Assembly: GCF_000150275.1 (NCBI RefSeq)
Contig: NW_002060943.1
Location: forward strand, 11,532,878-11,596,877
Length of the DNA stretch: 64,000 bases
Direction: 5' to 3'
Origin: Trichoplax adhaerens
Lineage: Eukaryota > Animalia > Placozoa
This document shows, one piece after another, positions 11,754 through 25,472 of this stretch. The first letter of the stretch is position 1; each line of letters opens with the position of its first letter. The notes under the pieces are model-generated. The model made no database searches. It saw only the letters and a list, made by a program, of their open reading frames with translations, and was not told the origin of the DNA. Position numbers and translations under genes: made by a program.

Positions 11754-14700
11754 TTATACCACAGTTGTTTGTGCTTCCTTGATCATTGAATTACTACTGT
11801 TTCTTCTATCATCACGGATTCGTTCGTCAATTTCTAGAAAGGAATAGCAAACGGCAGGTCATTCATCATAAATACATGTAGAAGAGTTTTTTTAAATACA
11901 TATACAAACTTTACAGCATATTGTAGGATAAGAGAAAGAATAGCTATCTTTTTAGCAGTCAATTTTGTAAACTACACAATAGCAATGCATACTAGGTAAA
12001 TTTCGATTATTTCAAAACGCATACACGATACAATTCTCATAACTAAAATAAGAAGGTAAATAAGAGGTACCTTTAATAATTTCTGGACATTCATCATTAC
12101 TTTTTTCAGGAAAAACCGGATATAAGACATCGCATATGAAACTTTCAAATGTTCTAAGATCCTTATAAGATTTAGCAATGTTTGTAATGTACCCATCGCG
12201 TTCTTCAAAACTGGTAATAAAGTTAAGGAATATGCGTAATAGATTCCTGATTACAAACTCAACTTCGTACATATAAATTTATTAATTATATTGTTTATAG
12301 TACATACTATTAACTCGAAGTAGAAGCATTATTGTAGAGGTTAAAATAGAATCTTTTCATTTTACATGATATAGTTAAAGGATACAATAATCGATAAAGA
12401 GGCAATTGTGATCTTTTGGCTCTACTTGCATTTATTGCAGTTGCCCTTACTAAGACAGGTAAGATAGATTTACTGATAACTGCACCATCAAATAGTGGAC
12501 CAAACAAAGGAATCTATGATATCGTTAGATATTTCAACTTTTAGATAATGCAAAGCCGTACAAACAATAGTAGTAGAAAAATGTTGTATTGATACTATAC
12601 CTCTGGTTTTTTATCAATTTGAATTCTATATAGGCCATTTTTTAATGGGTAAATTACAATAATTACATCCGCAAATTCAGTATTGATTATGCCTCGACGA
12701 TAATCTCTTGTGTGCTCAGACCAAACTATTTGGATTTCATCGTTACCTAAATGTCTCACCTAACAATTAGGAAAAGAATTCAATTTCACATAAAGGCATT
12801 AAATTTTCTATCTTTGCAAGAAAAGTAAAATTTTAGGAATAGTAAATTAGCATTAAACCGATCAAGCGATAACTACCTTCTTATTCAGAGTTTCATCTGA
12901 GGAGGGCATCCGAGTCGCGACATGGAATAATACCTCTGTTGTCGATGTGGCAAAGTATGGTGCAGTAGTACCGGTTGATTCGTTTTGTTGTAAACCACCT
13001 AAGAACCCAACATGTGTTGATAAGTCCACCTAGGATTACGGTTTCAGAATAAACACAGATGACCAGTTAATTCTTATTGAAACAAATTAAAGAAATGTAT
13101 GTTAATAAAATTTACCTCCCATGCTAAGCCTGCTACAAATTCTTCATAATCTTTACTACCACCTAAATTGGAAAATATTGACCTTTTATCTTCTTGGCCA
13201 TTTGCAATGTATATAACAGCTAATTTATGTGTTTCCCGGCTGCGAGATTAAAACAAAGAGAAACGCATGAGACGTTCTTTCCTAGTAGAATTCTGCTAGC
13301 AACATAGTCGTTACAGATATTTAATTAATACCAGTGGCGATTGTCAAGGTTTTTTAGTTCACGAAGCAGCATTTCACTTTTCTTGAGCAAATCAAAACGA
13401 GCTCTAAATGTGAGATTGTATATTTATCGTATTTATTCATAACGTATGTATTATTTTAGTAAATATTTTAAGGTATCCGATAAGTATCTTTTGCACAGCC
13501 AATATTTCATCGTATACATATATAAATATTTAATAATATATGTATTAAATTAAATGCCTAAGTTTCTTTCATTGACCTGTTTTCCCATGATAAGTATCCT
13601 AATTGATTGAGGATGAAATAACATTGATAAAAGATCGAACTTGGTTGCTTGATTGGAATCGGATGTAACTTTGTAAACTTGTCCCTAGTTAATCAATATT
13701 ACAATATCTAAGCTGTATCTGTAGGTTTAACTTATGCAATTAATTCATTCATACAAAATAAGTTTGCAGTATTAGTCTGCATAATCGAAACTTACGCGCT
13801 ATCAGACTTTTTTCTTAAATACTCTCGTTCACATTCGATTTGCTCAGAAATAGAATAAACCATTTCTTCGTCTATGTCACCATGCATGTTCTGAGTAGAA
13901 TTAGTTACCGGAGCATTAATTGGCGTTCCCGGTTGCAAAAAGCATTCGTCACTGCAATTTTCAATATGTTGTAGAATCTGTAATGCGATAGAATTTGCCA
14001 TTTATAGATATCTTGAGTACATCTGAAGAATGCGATAGTAAATCGTATAAAGTAAATATTACCACATCAAGACGGTCCTCATCTTCTGGAAATATATCTA
14101 GAGCAAATTCCGGCAATGATGTGAATGTACTTTCAGTATCAATTTCTTCGAGATTCTCTGCATTGTTTATTAAGGTATTTTCCGCTATGGCAGAAGAATC
14201 TTCTTTTGCTTCGACAGTACCGTCATTTATTTTAATTTGTAATTCGGAATCTTTTATATCGTCCATATCTATCAAATTTATGAGCAATAATATAACCTCA
14301 TGTTTCACTCGAATACTTATTAAAAACAGAGACATAATTTAAGATATCGAATGTATTAAACTACCTGCACAATCTACAGAATCTCCTGCCGACAATTTAT
14401 ATAGTGCATTGGTGTCCCATATATATTTTCCAACAATGTCACGGATAATAACTCTTGCATTAGTGGATGCTGAAACAATTCTCTCACTGTTAAATCCGTT
14501 CGGTTCTTCAATCTTTAAAAAAATTCGGAGAAGTAATAAATATTCTAAAATAAAATTTCTACCGCAGTTATAGTTACTTATTCCTAATAATAGTAGTAAG
14601 TATTTAGGATAGTAAAGATAATAATTTTTACATACCACTTTTGGTATTTCTACAAGAGTAATGATCAGTCTATCGTTAAAGATGAAGAACTACAAGAAAT

Positions 14701-17700
14701 TTCATGTTAGGATCAAAAGTACTCTAGAAAAAGATTGATTATTTCATGTAGACACCTGAATATTTGGAGATGCTAATAGTTCTGCAGACAGATCTGTAAT
14801 ATCTGAATGACGAGGATCATCGTCAAATTCTTTCACTCTCCCTTCAAGCAAAGAGGCCCCGGCGCGAAATGGGAAATGACTGTGATAGTTTAAGATGTGA
14901 GACATAACCTAAGAGTGAATAAATGAAATTTATGAGAAAAACTCTCTAATTTAATCTATATTTAATAAGTGCAATTGATAGAACTTTGGTTAATTAAACT
15001 TACAAACTTGGCCGCTAAAAGAACGGCGTCGCTAGAACTTGTATCGTCAGGAGTCTTTTCATAGTTAACTAAAGAATAGAACCGTTTTAATTCCAATTAA
15101 AATTGAAAACAAGATCTAATACTACATTCACATACTACAATTTCATGTTACAAATTATGTCGGTATCAATCGTAAATGTAAGTAATACACGCAAATGTAG
15201 TAGTGACACACTAACCTTCCGCAATCTGATCTAAAGACTTTTTAGATTGCACGTTTCCATCTCTGAGTTCACGAACGGCTACAAATTTCATACCACTTAT
15301 TGCTTGCAATTCAGTTCGTGTAGAATCATCATCACACTTAATAATAGCTCGTAGGGTGCAGGAAACTATCTGAAATAAGCTAATTCTATTTTTATCTTGA
15401 CGAATCATTGTCTCATAAGGAATAACCATTAACCATTCTAGTAGGCAGAGTAGCAAGGAAATCAAAATCTACAGTAAAAATTTATGATTAGTTGTTAGAT
15501 AATTTCACAATTTTTAATAAGTTATATATTACAAATACCGTATCACAAGCCATAGAGCGTCGCTGTCTCGGAACAACCACTTTTATAATACTGGCGCATA
15601 GGCTCTAATAAATTTAAATATGACACGATATATCATATACTTCAGGTGATATGATACTAATTTGGTCAATGTCAACAGGATTAAAGGACAAACCTCAATT
15701 ATTTTAACACTGATAAGTTCATCAAATTTAGCCAATTTTTGGTATACATAGCACAACGTACGTAGGTTGTCAATTGCCACTGCAGCCACAATATTATTTA
15801 AAAACTTCAAGCAGGAAGGGTTGTTTTAGGTGCAAGGAATAAAGTTTATGGTATATTATGAAGATGTGCAGTACACTTACTTTTAGTTGAGCTAACAATA
15901 CGTTAAAGCAATCTTTAATTCTAGGATTAGGAATTTCCTTTTCCAATTCTTTAACAATATATATCCCAACGCTATTTAATGCAATTGATCTAGGTATTTA
16001 AAGATTATAGGCATTAAAGTGTAAGTCCTAAAGTAAATTAATTTTCATAACGCTTAGGATCAAAATAACGGGTTAGGCCAGCCTTACCTAGCATGGCTTG
16101 AAATTTCATCTTTTGCAGCCTTTAACAAAATTTCAATAACTTCCTCCTAGAAATGACAAAGGAATAATATTAAAGCTAAGTTAAAAAAGATTAACCTACC
16201 GCAAAATTATCTTCCTTTCTAATTAACCTTTGCAGTATTGCTGTCGGTAGGGGCATCATTCCCATGAGCACCTGCTTGCAATATCGGCATATTGTTTAAA
16301 TCATCAAGAAGTGGTAACAGTGAACCAAGTAAGGTAGTAGCTTGAAACCGTGGATACTAGCGAATTGAAATTGCATATTAATGAGAAGTCAGCAATAACC
16401 TGACTACTTCCATAATATCAATCTATATACCATCATTTCTTGACTGTCAATGATAGTGCACGCTGCGTGTATGAAATCTAATAATAGTATCGAGGAACCA
16501 CGAAGATTATAACAATTCATTTGGTAGCAGTTTGCGACAATTACATTAGTTATATCCTAGGAAACATACGAGATTTGCAACATGCGATTGATAAATCATT
16601 AGATATAGCAGCCTTGAAAGCAATTTATTTATTAATTAACTATACATAATGATACTTAGAGAACGTACTTGATCATTGCCAATCAATCCAGAATGTAAAA
16701 GACGATAAAAATGGGCCAAGTACTCGTCCGATAACGGAATATCTTGTCTACAGACTGTGATATTTGATAGTAGAGCATATGCCCTCATTCGCCCACTTTT
16801 AAATTCTTTCTCCAGCGTGCAACTCTAAATTATTATTATCACAAGCTTTTAGATATATTTCACAGATGATTTATAGCTAAATATAATCTTCGTATAAAAT
16901 CTTAACAGAAATTGGAAAATTATAAAATTTTTGATTCAGGGTTTATTCACGTAAAGTCATACTTGAAAGAGCCAGGCGACAAAATACCGTAATGGTGGTA
17001 AAAATTCTGGTACTGATGGAGTCGTCTTATTATCTTCGGAGATACCCTGATTTGCTCGGATCTATGCAATATTTATTTTAGCTGAGTTCTTTAAATACTA
17101 GGAAGGTTAATTGCATAAGTAAACTATATTTACCTGCACTAGCATATACCATAGCATTGTTAGAGCATCAATAGCTATTGCGTGAACAGATGGGTCTTTA
17201 AGTTTGCTTATGTTTCCAAGACATCCAAGTATTCGCTGATAGATAATGATAGCTGATGTTGAACACCAACCTGGCTTATTTCCACCAGCTAATAAACTAG
17301 TTTGATTTAGTAATTCGAGATTGATTTCATTATCATTATCAGGAAAGGACTGACTATTTGCATCATATGATGCGCTCGGAAGAGCGGGTAGGTCAGAAGG
17401 ACTATATAATAAAAAACTATCAGTTAATATACATAAAACATGATTAAAATTGATACATTAAAGTAATTTAATCGCTAGCCACAGGGTAGCTAAGCAAGCT
17501 ATAACTACTGTACTACCTTATTGGAGAAACCGGTGTAGAATCTTGTTCTTGGATGAGCTCTTTTCGTAAAATTTGGATTGAAAGTGATTTTCTTTTTTTA
17601 TTGGGCACTATACTCAATAATATAAAATTTAGTCAGATTAAGGTTTATAATAGATAATGATTAAGCGCGATTATAGTAATACAATATAGCCATTTAAAAC

Positions 17701-20700
17701 AGATTCGAACCATTTTCTAGCTTAACTTTTGCGTTATCGTTAATTCCTTGTGTGTTTGATAAATTGTCCACCGTCGTTTCACTCAAATTATTTAATTCCG
17801 TATTCTTGTGTCCTATAGATTCATTTAACTTGGAATCTGAAAATTCCGCTAAATTGTTTTTGGAATCTTTCGCGCTTAAACTACTGTCTTCACTGTACTT
17901 TTCGCTATCAGAGCCAGTACTGGTATTGTCTTCAGTGTTTACTGAGACCTTCCTACTAGATTGGCTAGCGCTATCATCTGTTGTCGTGTTTTCTATAAAT
18001 TATAAGCACAATTAAGATAAACACTAGTATATAAATACATAATAATTCAGCTACTATCCTTCTAATCATAATGTGCAATAATTTTATTTTCTTTAATAAA
18101 AAGTGCAGTAATATACTACATACTACCAATGAAAATGATACTTATGAGTGTACTTTACCGATTTTGTCATAGCTTTCAATAGGAATAGATTCATTTTCGC
18201 GTGCAATAGTGGATGCAGAGGAAAATGATCCTTCGACATTATCAAAGCTGCTTTTGCATACATTCGATGTATCTCCATCAATCGAAGCTAAATCATTTCT
18301 TGAAAAGTTGTCTTGAGGTTTCAATGGAGTAGCAAATGACGATTCCGAGAGATTTTTAATGGAACCCTTAGGTGAATTCATGTCAGGGTGATCATTCACC
18401 ACGGTTATAGTTTTGATAATTTCTTGATCTTTATTCGGTTGGGTCTTTCGAGAGGGATCTGATTGGTTAGATTTTGCATCTTCGGTTGTTTGTTGGTTCG
18501 ATTTTACAGTTTCACTATAGTTGCGTTTCTTTTTGGCTTTTTGCTCACTTAAGCGGTCAAGAGGCATATTGTTGAAGTCAATGTTATATACATACCGAGC
18601 CAGTTGCTTAGTTAAACTTTCCATTGCACACTACAATGGAAATATTAACAATCAAAATCTAATCTCAGCGTAGTATAGGTATATAAAACAGCAATATTAT
18701 TACATATGACTTACTTGCCATTCCTTAATAACTATTGGCCAGTTTGTTAAGCTGGACATCACTTTTAGTAATTTATTCCATAACCCATCTGAGATATTGA
18801 CTTTTAAAGCCGCAGTAACCCATGAAGTAAAAACAGTCTACAAAATAACAATAAAAGTGCATTTGTCAGTAATATTACTTCTATTCTTTAATATTCACGA
18901 AACCTAAGTTGGCGATGTGGCACCTTTATAATAGCTTGGCCGAGTTGATTACCAATACTGTTTTCAGTGAACGGTCCTCCTTTCATAGTCTTACCAGCAA
19001 CCACTAGCAAGACACTAAGTAATTGTTCCCTGTACGTTCAAGAGCAGATACCAGTACTTATTACTAATAAAATCCCGCAATAACGAAGGATAGGAAATTG
19101 AAAATTATACCATGTATCCTTAGTCATATCTACTTTCATGACCATTTCACGATACATTCTGATAATTCTCGATACAACAATTGCTTGATCTTTTACATTT
19201 TGATTAGCGAGATTCACCATAAAAAAATTGCAAGAGTATGTTATAAATAGGCGCAAGTTAGCTTGCAATCCTGCTCTTACGTCTTCAAGGTCACCTAAAT
19301 ATCAACAAAGAGATTTTATTAATCATGTACGATCATTGATTTATATCCAATAATTCAGCAATGACACTATAATTAGGAATAGTCAGCAACCTGTCCTTGA
19401 AGACTCCAGTAGAAATGAATGTTCTCTGGACTGGTACACCGACAAGAAAAAATTTTTTGACATAGTTGAATATAGGTGTATGCAATTAATTAAATAAGAC
19501 TATCTAACAGTTTAAAAAGTAAAAATATATTGACTTACATGAATCCAGGAATTAGTAATATCAATTACGTTACACGTAATTTTGTGACTTTTTATAGGAA
19601 GAATATAAACCTATAAGTAATAAAAGTAACTTTAATACTTTAAAGCATCAACCAGTCTTTAAATTTTGCATCTTGCCAAATAATATACAAAAAAATTTGA
19701 ATACTGTCGAGATTTTTAGTCGTACCTGTCTAAATACTTGATGAATCAAATTAATGTTAGGCCTGTAGTTAAGTAATACATTCCTGACGATCTTATTGAT
19801 GTACAATGAGGCTTGATCATCTGGGTAAAGACATTAGGTGAGATAATTACTCTTAGCGAACAGCTAATTTTAATATTATTTAATCTTTGTAATCTATTCT
19901 TGTGCTGCACTTGTAAAAATTTTATCGTTATACCTTCCGCATGTGAATGGGTATAGTCGTGTGAACTTTTACCAGCAGTGGTTTGAGGTGTTTCATTTTC
20001 TGGCTTAATAAAATTTAGAACCCACTTTACAATTGTTTCTCTTAGCAATGGGCCATTCATGTCATTTCCTTCTAGATGCAGGACTTGACCCGTTACGGTT
20101 TTTATCTCGCCTGAGCTATCCTCGCTGTCATGTATCTGATCTACATCAATGACTGCAGCAGTATCGTGTATATCAAGATAGAAGGTTAATAAAATCTGAA
20201 GCTCCAGTTAGGAGGCTATAATCCATATAGACTGCCCTGTATTTCAACAATAGTATACGAACCGGGCTTATTCTTCTCATAGACATTAATTTCATTACAT
20301 AAATTAGGAAATACAGCTGGTAAGTAATGCATTTTGAATTGTTCGAAAATAAATTGGAAGCCTGCAGCTCTATTAGTATCGTTCCATTCTACCAATGCGA
20401 TCTGCAAAGATACAAGTACATCTCAATACAATTTACTGGTAAAAGGAACACCCATTATTACAGTAGGTAATATTAAGTACGAACTTGATTTGTCATGCAG
20501 TAAAGAATCCAATCTAGATAATGTTTAGATATATTTTCCGGTGGTTTTTCGCCAGTCACCAACAGTGGTACAACATCGTCTCCTTGCACCCAATCTAAGG
20601 TCGTTTAAAGTATTAAGTAAAAATTTTACTGTCAAATGTTACTACCTTGTAATGGTATGCAAATATCTTTTAACCTCCACCAACTGAAGCTCTTCTGTGT

Positions 20701-23700
20701 TCTCTCGTTTTTGCATCCTCCGCTTTATATGTTGCAATATCTGGCAGTAAAATTCCTGGGATAAGGCTTTTAAAAATTTCAATTTGTGCCTCTCCAGCAT
20801 TTTCGCGTAATGCTTGAAACCATAAAAGGAAGAGTCGCACTCCTTCGCGCCGAATCTATAATAAACAGGATTGTAATATTGAAAAATGCACTGTTGAATT
20901 TTTATATTAATTTTAAGAAATAACGACGCCTAATAAGATCTGGTTACTGATGATATAGATCATTATCAATCACGCTTATTGCATTAAACGCACCTTAGAA
21001 GCATTTCCTGGGTGCAATAATTTTCTCATAATACGATCTAATAATAAATTTATTATTAATGAGTGCAGTATATATTTTAATTAAATGACGATAGCTATAA
21101 TATAGAGTTTTAGAAAAGAAACCAGAAGTTGCAGTCGTTATCTAAAATTATCTATTAATGATTAAGAAAATAAAGAAATATAAACAGTTATAGGTTACTC
21201 AATTGCATAGGAAGAGATATCACCTAATTAATTTACTAAAATATCGATCATACACGCTATTCAAGTATTAATAGAATATATCTATAACAATTTTCAGTGG
21301 TCAAAATATTTAAATTATTTCAAGTTAAAAGATTATGTAAGAGTAATTAAGTACATGGATAGGCCGACAATATAAATGAAAGAAGGTTAGTGGGTAGTTA
21401 TCACATTGCATGATGATTTTATAGGAATACTTACAAAAATTGAAATTATCGAATCTTTATGATTATAGCTAAATAACTAATAGTAATAAATAGCAAGAAT
21501 TGATATTCAATCTTACGATTTACCTACCTAAACAGTTTAGCTGCCATTTGCTATGCAAGAGATCAGGTAGGAGAATTAGGATTCGCTAAGAATGATGGCA
21601 ATTGTGGGTGCGATTAATAGTTTGATAATTAGAAGCCAGATAAGTCTGGGTCAATAGTTTTGCCTTCTTTGAATATTACATCGGCTTATTAAATAATGCT
21701 AAAATAGTAGCTTTTTAGACTATATGGAGTTAATGATATAATCTGGGAATAGATCGGATTTAAATGTTATTGGTGAGTATTGGTCTTAGAATCTACTTTT
21801 GTCTACTAACCTCAAGTAGAAGCAATATAAGATCTAAATCTTCCTTTAACGATTTGGTTGCTATTTAAGAAACGAGACAGAGAAATACGTTTAATCGTGG
21901 TGTGCGGTATGAGGAATATCTAAAAATCACTACATATGTACAACGACAATAACCCAAATCAGAACCACCAGATACATTAAAATTACAGTCATAAAAATCA
22001 TAGCAAGTTTTATTGCGAGATCAAACATGTAGTTATGTAATTGTGCATGATTACTTAAGTACTTATCGATATAAGGATATGTAATAGTAAATACTGTTAA
22101 AGGCTGTATCATTTCTACAACCTTAAAATGTAGAAGTACTGTAAATGAAACAGAATTTACAACATGTCAAATTCTTGCAAATTATAGAATATTCTACAAT
22201 AAATTCTCGAACATTGAACAGAAGGGTAGCGAACAAGATGGCCGAAATGAATTGGAGATTATGTTTGAGTACTTATTATTTTTAAAGTAAGTCAATTCTT
22301 ATACATTTAAAAGAATGCATCGAATAGTCGCTAATGCACAGAATTACAATCCAGGTGTGTGATTTAGTGATTGATACCGGACACAATCAGCACAAACTAA
22401 TTATAAAGCTATTTAATGTAAATTAAGTAAAATAAAATAAGTGACGCAACTTGTGCACTGTAGACCATATATACAGTAAGTAACAATAGTTGACGAGGTA
22501 GAAATGAATACTACTTTGGTTAAGCATTATCATTTATAGCAAAACTAAATTCAGATACGTCACTATCTGTAATTAATTAAACCCATGGTTACCGTGTGTG
22601 GTCAACGTATTAAAAGTATCTAGGCTTTGAACAGGAGCCCAATCGCTATGAATATACTTACGAGTATTCGTATGTTTTTAACTTGTTATACCTCAAAATA
22701 TATTAATTATATTTAATTAAAACACACAATAGACAGTTGGATTCCCTTCACTATGCTACCTTCTGCACTACTACAGCTGGAAATATTAATATTATTATCA
22801 ATTAATCTACTTGATTTCTCATAAATACCAAATAATCTTATACTAACAGATATACAATAGATTAATGCTGCACTGTCCAGAATTTTTACCGTTCATATAG
22901 ATATTCAACTGTAAAAATAGGCGAGATACTGATCTATTTTATGCATCATCTGTGATCGTGCCAATTTTTTTCAGCAACGATCCCTAAAAAGAGCCAAATC
23001 AACATCTACCATTTTGCTCTAGCCACAATAGAAATGTAGGATGCTGCGACTTTGATAGCTAAATAAATTTTATACATTTTACCTTTCGAATTTTTCAGGC
23101 TATTTTCAATGAGGAGAAAATTCTCGTAGAAGACGTAGACAACATGAGGATAATGCTCTTTGAAAATGTTTTGCAATTCATTAATTTCACATCCCTCTGC
23201 AGATAATAATAAGGCAAAAACACTTTATTAGTGAACAAAGCTAATAAAATATAACTTTTATTTATCTTGGAGAAGGTCGAGGTGGAGTAATGAAAATACT
23301 ACCGTCCAATGTATTGAAATAAGAGTCTATGATGTGCGGGTAGTATAGGATCCCGTTCGTATATGGGCTTAGAAATTTGGTTGCACTTTCTATTTTTTAC
23401 AAAGTGAAAAGCATACGCTCCATCGATTTACAACGTAAGCGCAGAAATTTTTTGCGTATAGCACGATAATTGTATTCGGCTTTCTGTACTAAGCCTACAA
23501 CAACAATGTCGCAGATTGATCAATATTATCATAACTTTCTTAGCGAGATTTAACACTTTTATTATGCATTGTGAAGGATTAACTGTTAATCAGCAGTCTA
23601 TCTGATTTACACCATAGTTGTCCTAGCGGGTACGAGTTGTAGAATAAGAGTTTTTAGGCTATATCTGTTGTGAATTATGGTAAAGCTCAAAAACTGTCAA

Positions 23701-24345
23701 ATTCTATCAGCATGTACTTGTAAGTGCGTCCACTCTAAACTATCGCTATACTGTACGGCTCATGTAACCTGAGTATCTAGTCGGTGCTAATTGACTAGAG
23801 GGATTGTTTACAGCTATCTCAAATGCATTATACGATAAAAAAATATGTGAATTAATGCTGACTATACTATATATAAGGAATCGCTACACTAAGATTGGAA
23901 TTTTACTTTACCTAACATTTGCAAAATTCAATAACGATCTAGTTTTGGTGTATCCACGAGTACTACTGTAGTAATAGCAATGCAAAATGAATAGCAATTT
24001 ATAAAGTCAATATCAAGGGTGGGTATTGAAGCGGTTTTAGTCTGAACCATTCAATCACACTCATGGCTACTAAAATAAGATAGCAACAACATAAATTATA
24101 GTCCATTTGTATGAAGTATCTTTGATACTGTATGTGTACTTTCTTGTTGATGCACATGGAGTAAAATTCATCCAATTTGAACATTAAAACTATCTTGGTT
24201 TGGACTAACCCAGTAGAGCTTTAAGAGATTTGTAGCGTCCAGGAGCATCCTTTTTTGTATCCAAAAATTTTTGCAGTTGGCGAGCTTTGTCAACAGGCTT
24301 TCTAGGCTTGAGAGAAGGGAATCTTTTTCTTGGGGCTAACATCAT
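11754..24345 (-). CDS. RALGAPA: Ral GTPase-activating protein alpha subunit (multi-exon)
   Basis: First exon [45 protein letters not shown]. Later exons read [13 protein letters not shown]..., [11 protein letters not shown]|[16 protein letters not shown]...LIPG. The C-terminal Rap/Ral-GAP domain reads [17 protein letters not shown]...FVAGLAWE...FHVATRMP...[15 protein letters not shown]...[10 protein letters not shown]...[10 protein letters not shown]. The terminal exon (...KEAQTTVV*) is inferred from splice phase. Confidence 0.95.
12211..12385 (-). other. U12-type (minor spliceosome) GT-AG intron in RALGAPA
   Basis: Donor GTATCCTTTAAC; branch site TTCCTTAAC 11 nt before the intron end; no polypyrimidine tract. 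Splicing restores LYRLFFEERDGY in frame. Confidence 0.9.
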
Positions 24346-25472
24346 CTACTAAATCTCATATTTCCTGACAGTTGGATTTGTTCCAGAATAGGAGAAAGTG
24401 AAAAAATTCACCAGAAAAATCGATTGGCAATGAAAGTTATTTTCTGCAAAGTACAGCACTATGTCATCAGTGGATGGGCTTCTTTTCCAGTGGTCCTTGT
24501 GTTGGTTTCTTATACAGTATTGGTCTTACTGTACTGTACTGTATGCCTTGGCAGTTGGTAGTACCAGTACCGGTACCGGTATCAGTACCAGTACAGTACT
24601 AGTACCTGTGCCAGTACCGATGTACTGTACACTACAGTACTGTACTGTACAGTACTGTAAATGCCCGAATCCTCACATGGACCGTGTGACAAGTACAGTA
24701 CAGTACTGTAGTCCTACAGTAGTCCCTGCCAGTACAGTATCTAGCTACAATTACTGTAATAACGTGTACTGTACACTGTGTACATCAGCCATAGAGATAT
24801 CAAGATCGCATTCTGTTCGACACGGAGCCAATGGCGATTTCTCCAGTACAACTAGTCATAAACAAAGTAGTATATTAAAGTACCCAAGACACTGCTAATT
24901 CTCCATAAATAAGTACAGTACTCGTTGCAGTGTAGAATAGAACATGCAAAAGTATTTACTGCACCCTACATTTCATGCAATCCTATAATAAATAGCTTAT
25001 AGTGCACGCGATACCATGCCAAATTACAAGAGCAGTAACTACGATCAGTCCCGGAGTACAGTACTTATGCCAGCCTATCGTATCGTTCACTGTACTGTAA
25101 ATATCGATAGCTCAATCCGTTGGCCTGTTTTCGAAATTACAAAATAAATACAAATGCAACCTAGAGCAGTACCTACTATTGTACTGCATATTGCGATTGC
25201 AAAAAAATTCAGCTAGGAATACTTTTTTGTGAGTACTGTAGTTTCTCATACGTTGCACTATCACGTCGTTATTACTGTACGTACAGTACTGCACTAACTG
25301 TATCGCGTCAGCATCGGCTCATAGAGCTCCGCTTGGCATGCTCAAGAGTAAATATAAATACCAATACTGTTGACTGTACTCAGTGTACTGTACCTAGTGT
25401 ATAGCACTGTTTTTATTTCTGAACTAGTGAGCTATAGTAATATTGGCAAGTTGATTGCTGTTAGCCAAGTAG
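24346..25472. promoter_or_regulatory. Bidirectional promoter region RALGAPA/TATDN1 with dense TACAG/CTGTA/GTAC low-complexity cluster
   Basis: Divergent start codons; tracts such as tgtactgtacactacagtactgtactgtacagtactgta; CCAAT boxes near 24423 (reverse) and 24829. Confidence 0.75.

Noticed and set aside
13995-14342. Plus-strand ORFs overlapping RALGAPA exons (also 17752-18015 and 20334-20528) and minus-strand ORFs inside PCNX4
   Set aside because: Antisense shadows of real coding exons.
22070-22082. ATATCCTT on the minus strand resembling an AT-AC U12 donor
   Set aside because: It lies in the middle of an intron; the flanking RALGAPA exons already join in frame via GT-AG.
24461-24898. 145-aa ORF rich in Y/C/T/V/S, with similar ORFs at 28045-28429, 32616-32837, 40730-40924 and 41332-41744
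   Set aside because: They are translations of the TACAG/GTAC promoter repeats or the telomere-like tract, with no recognisable domain.
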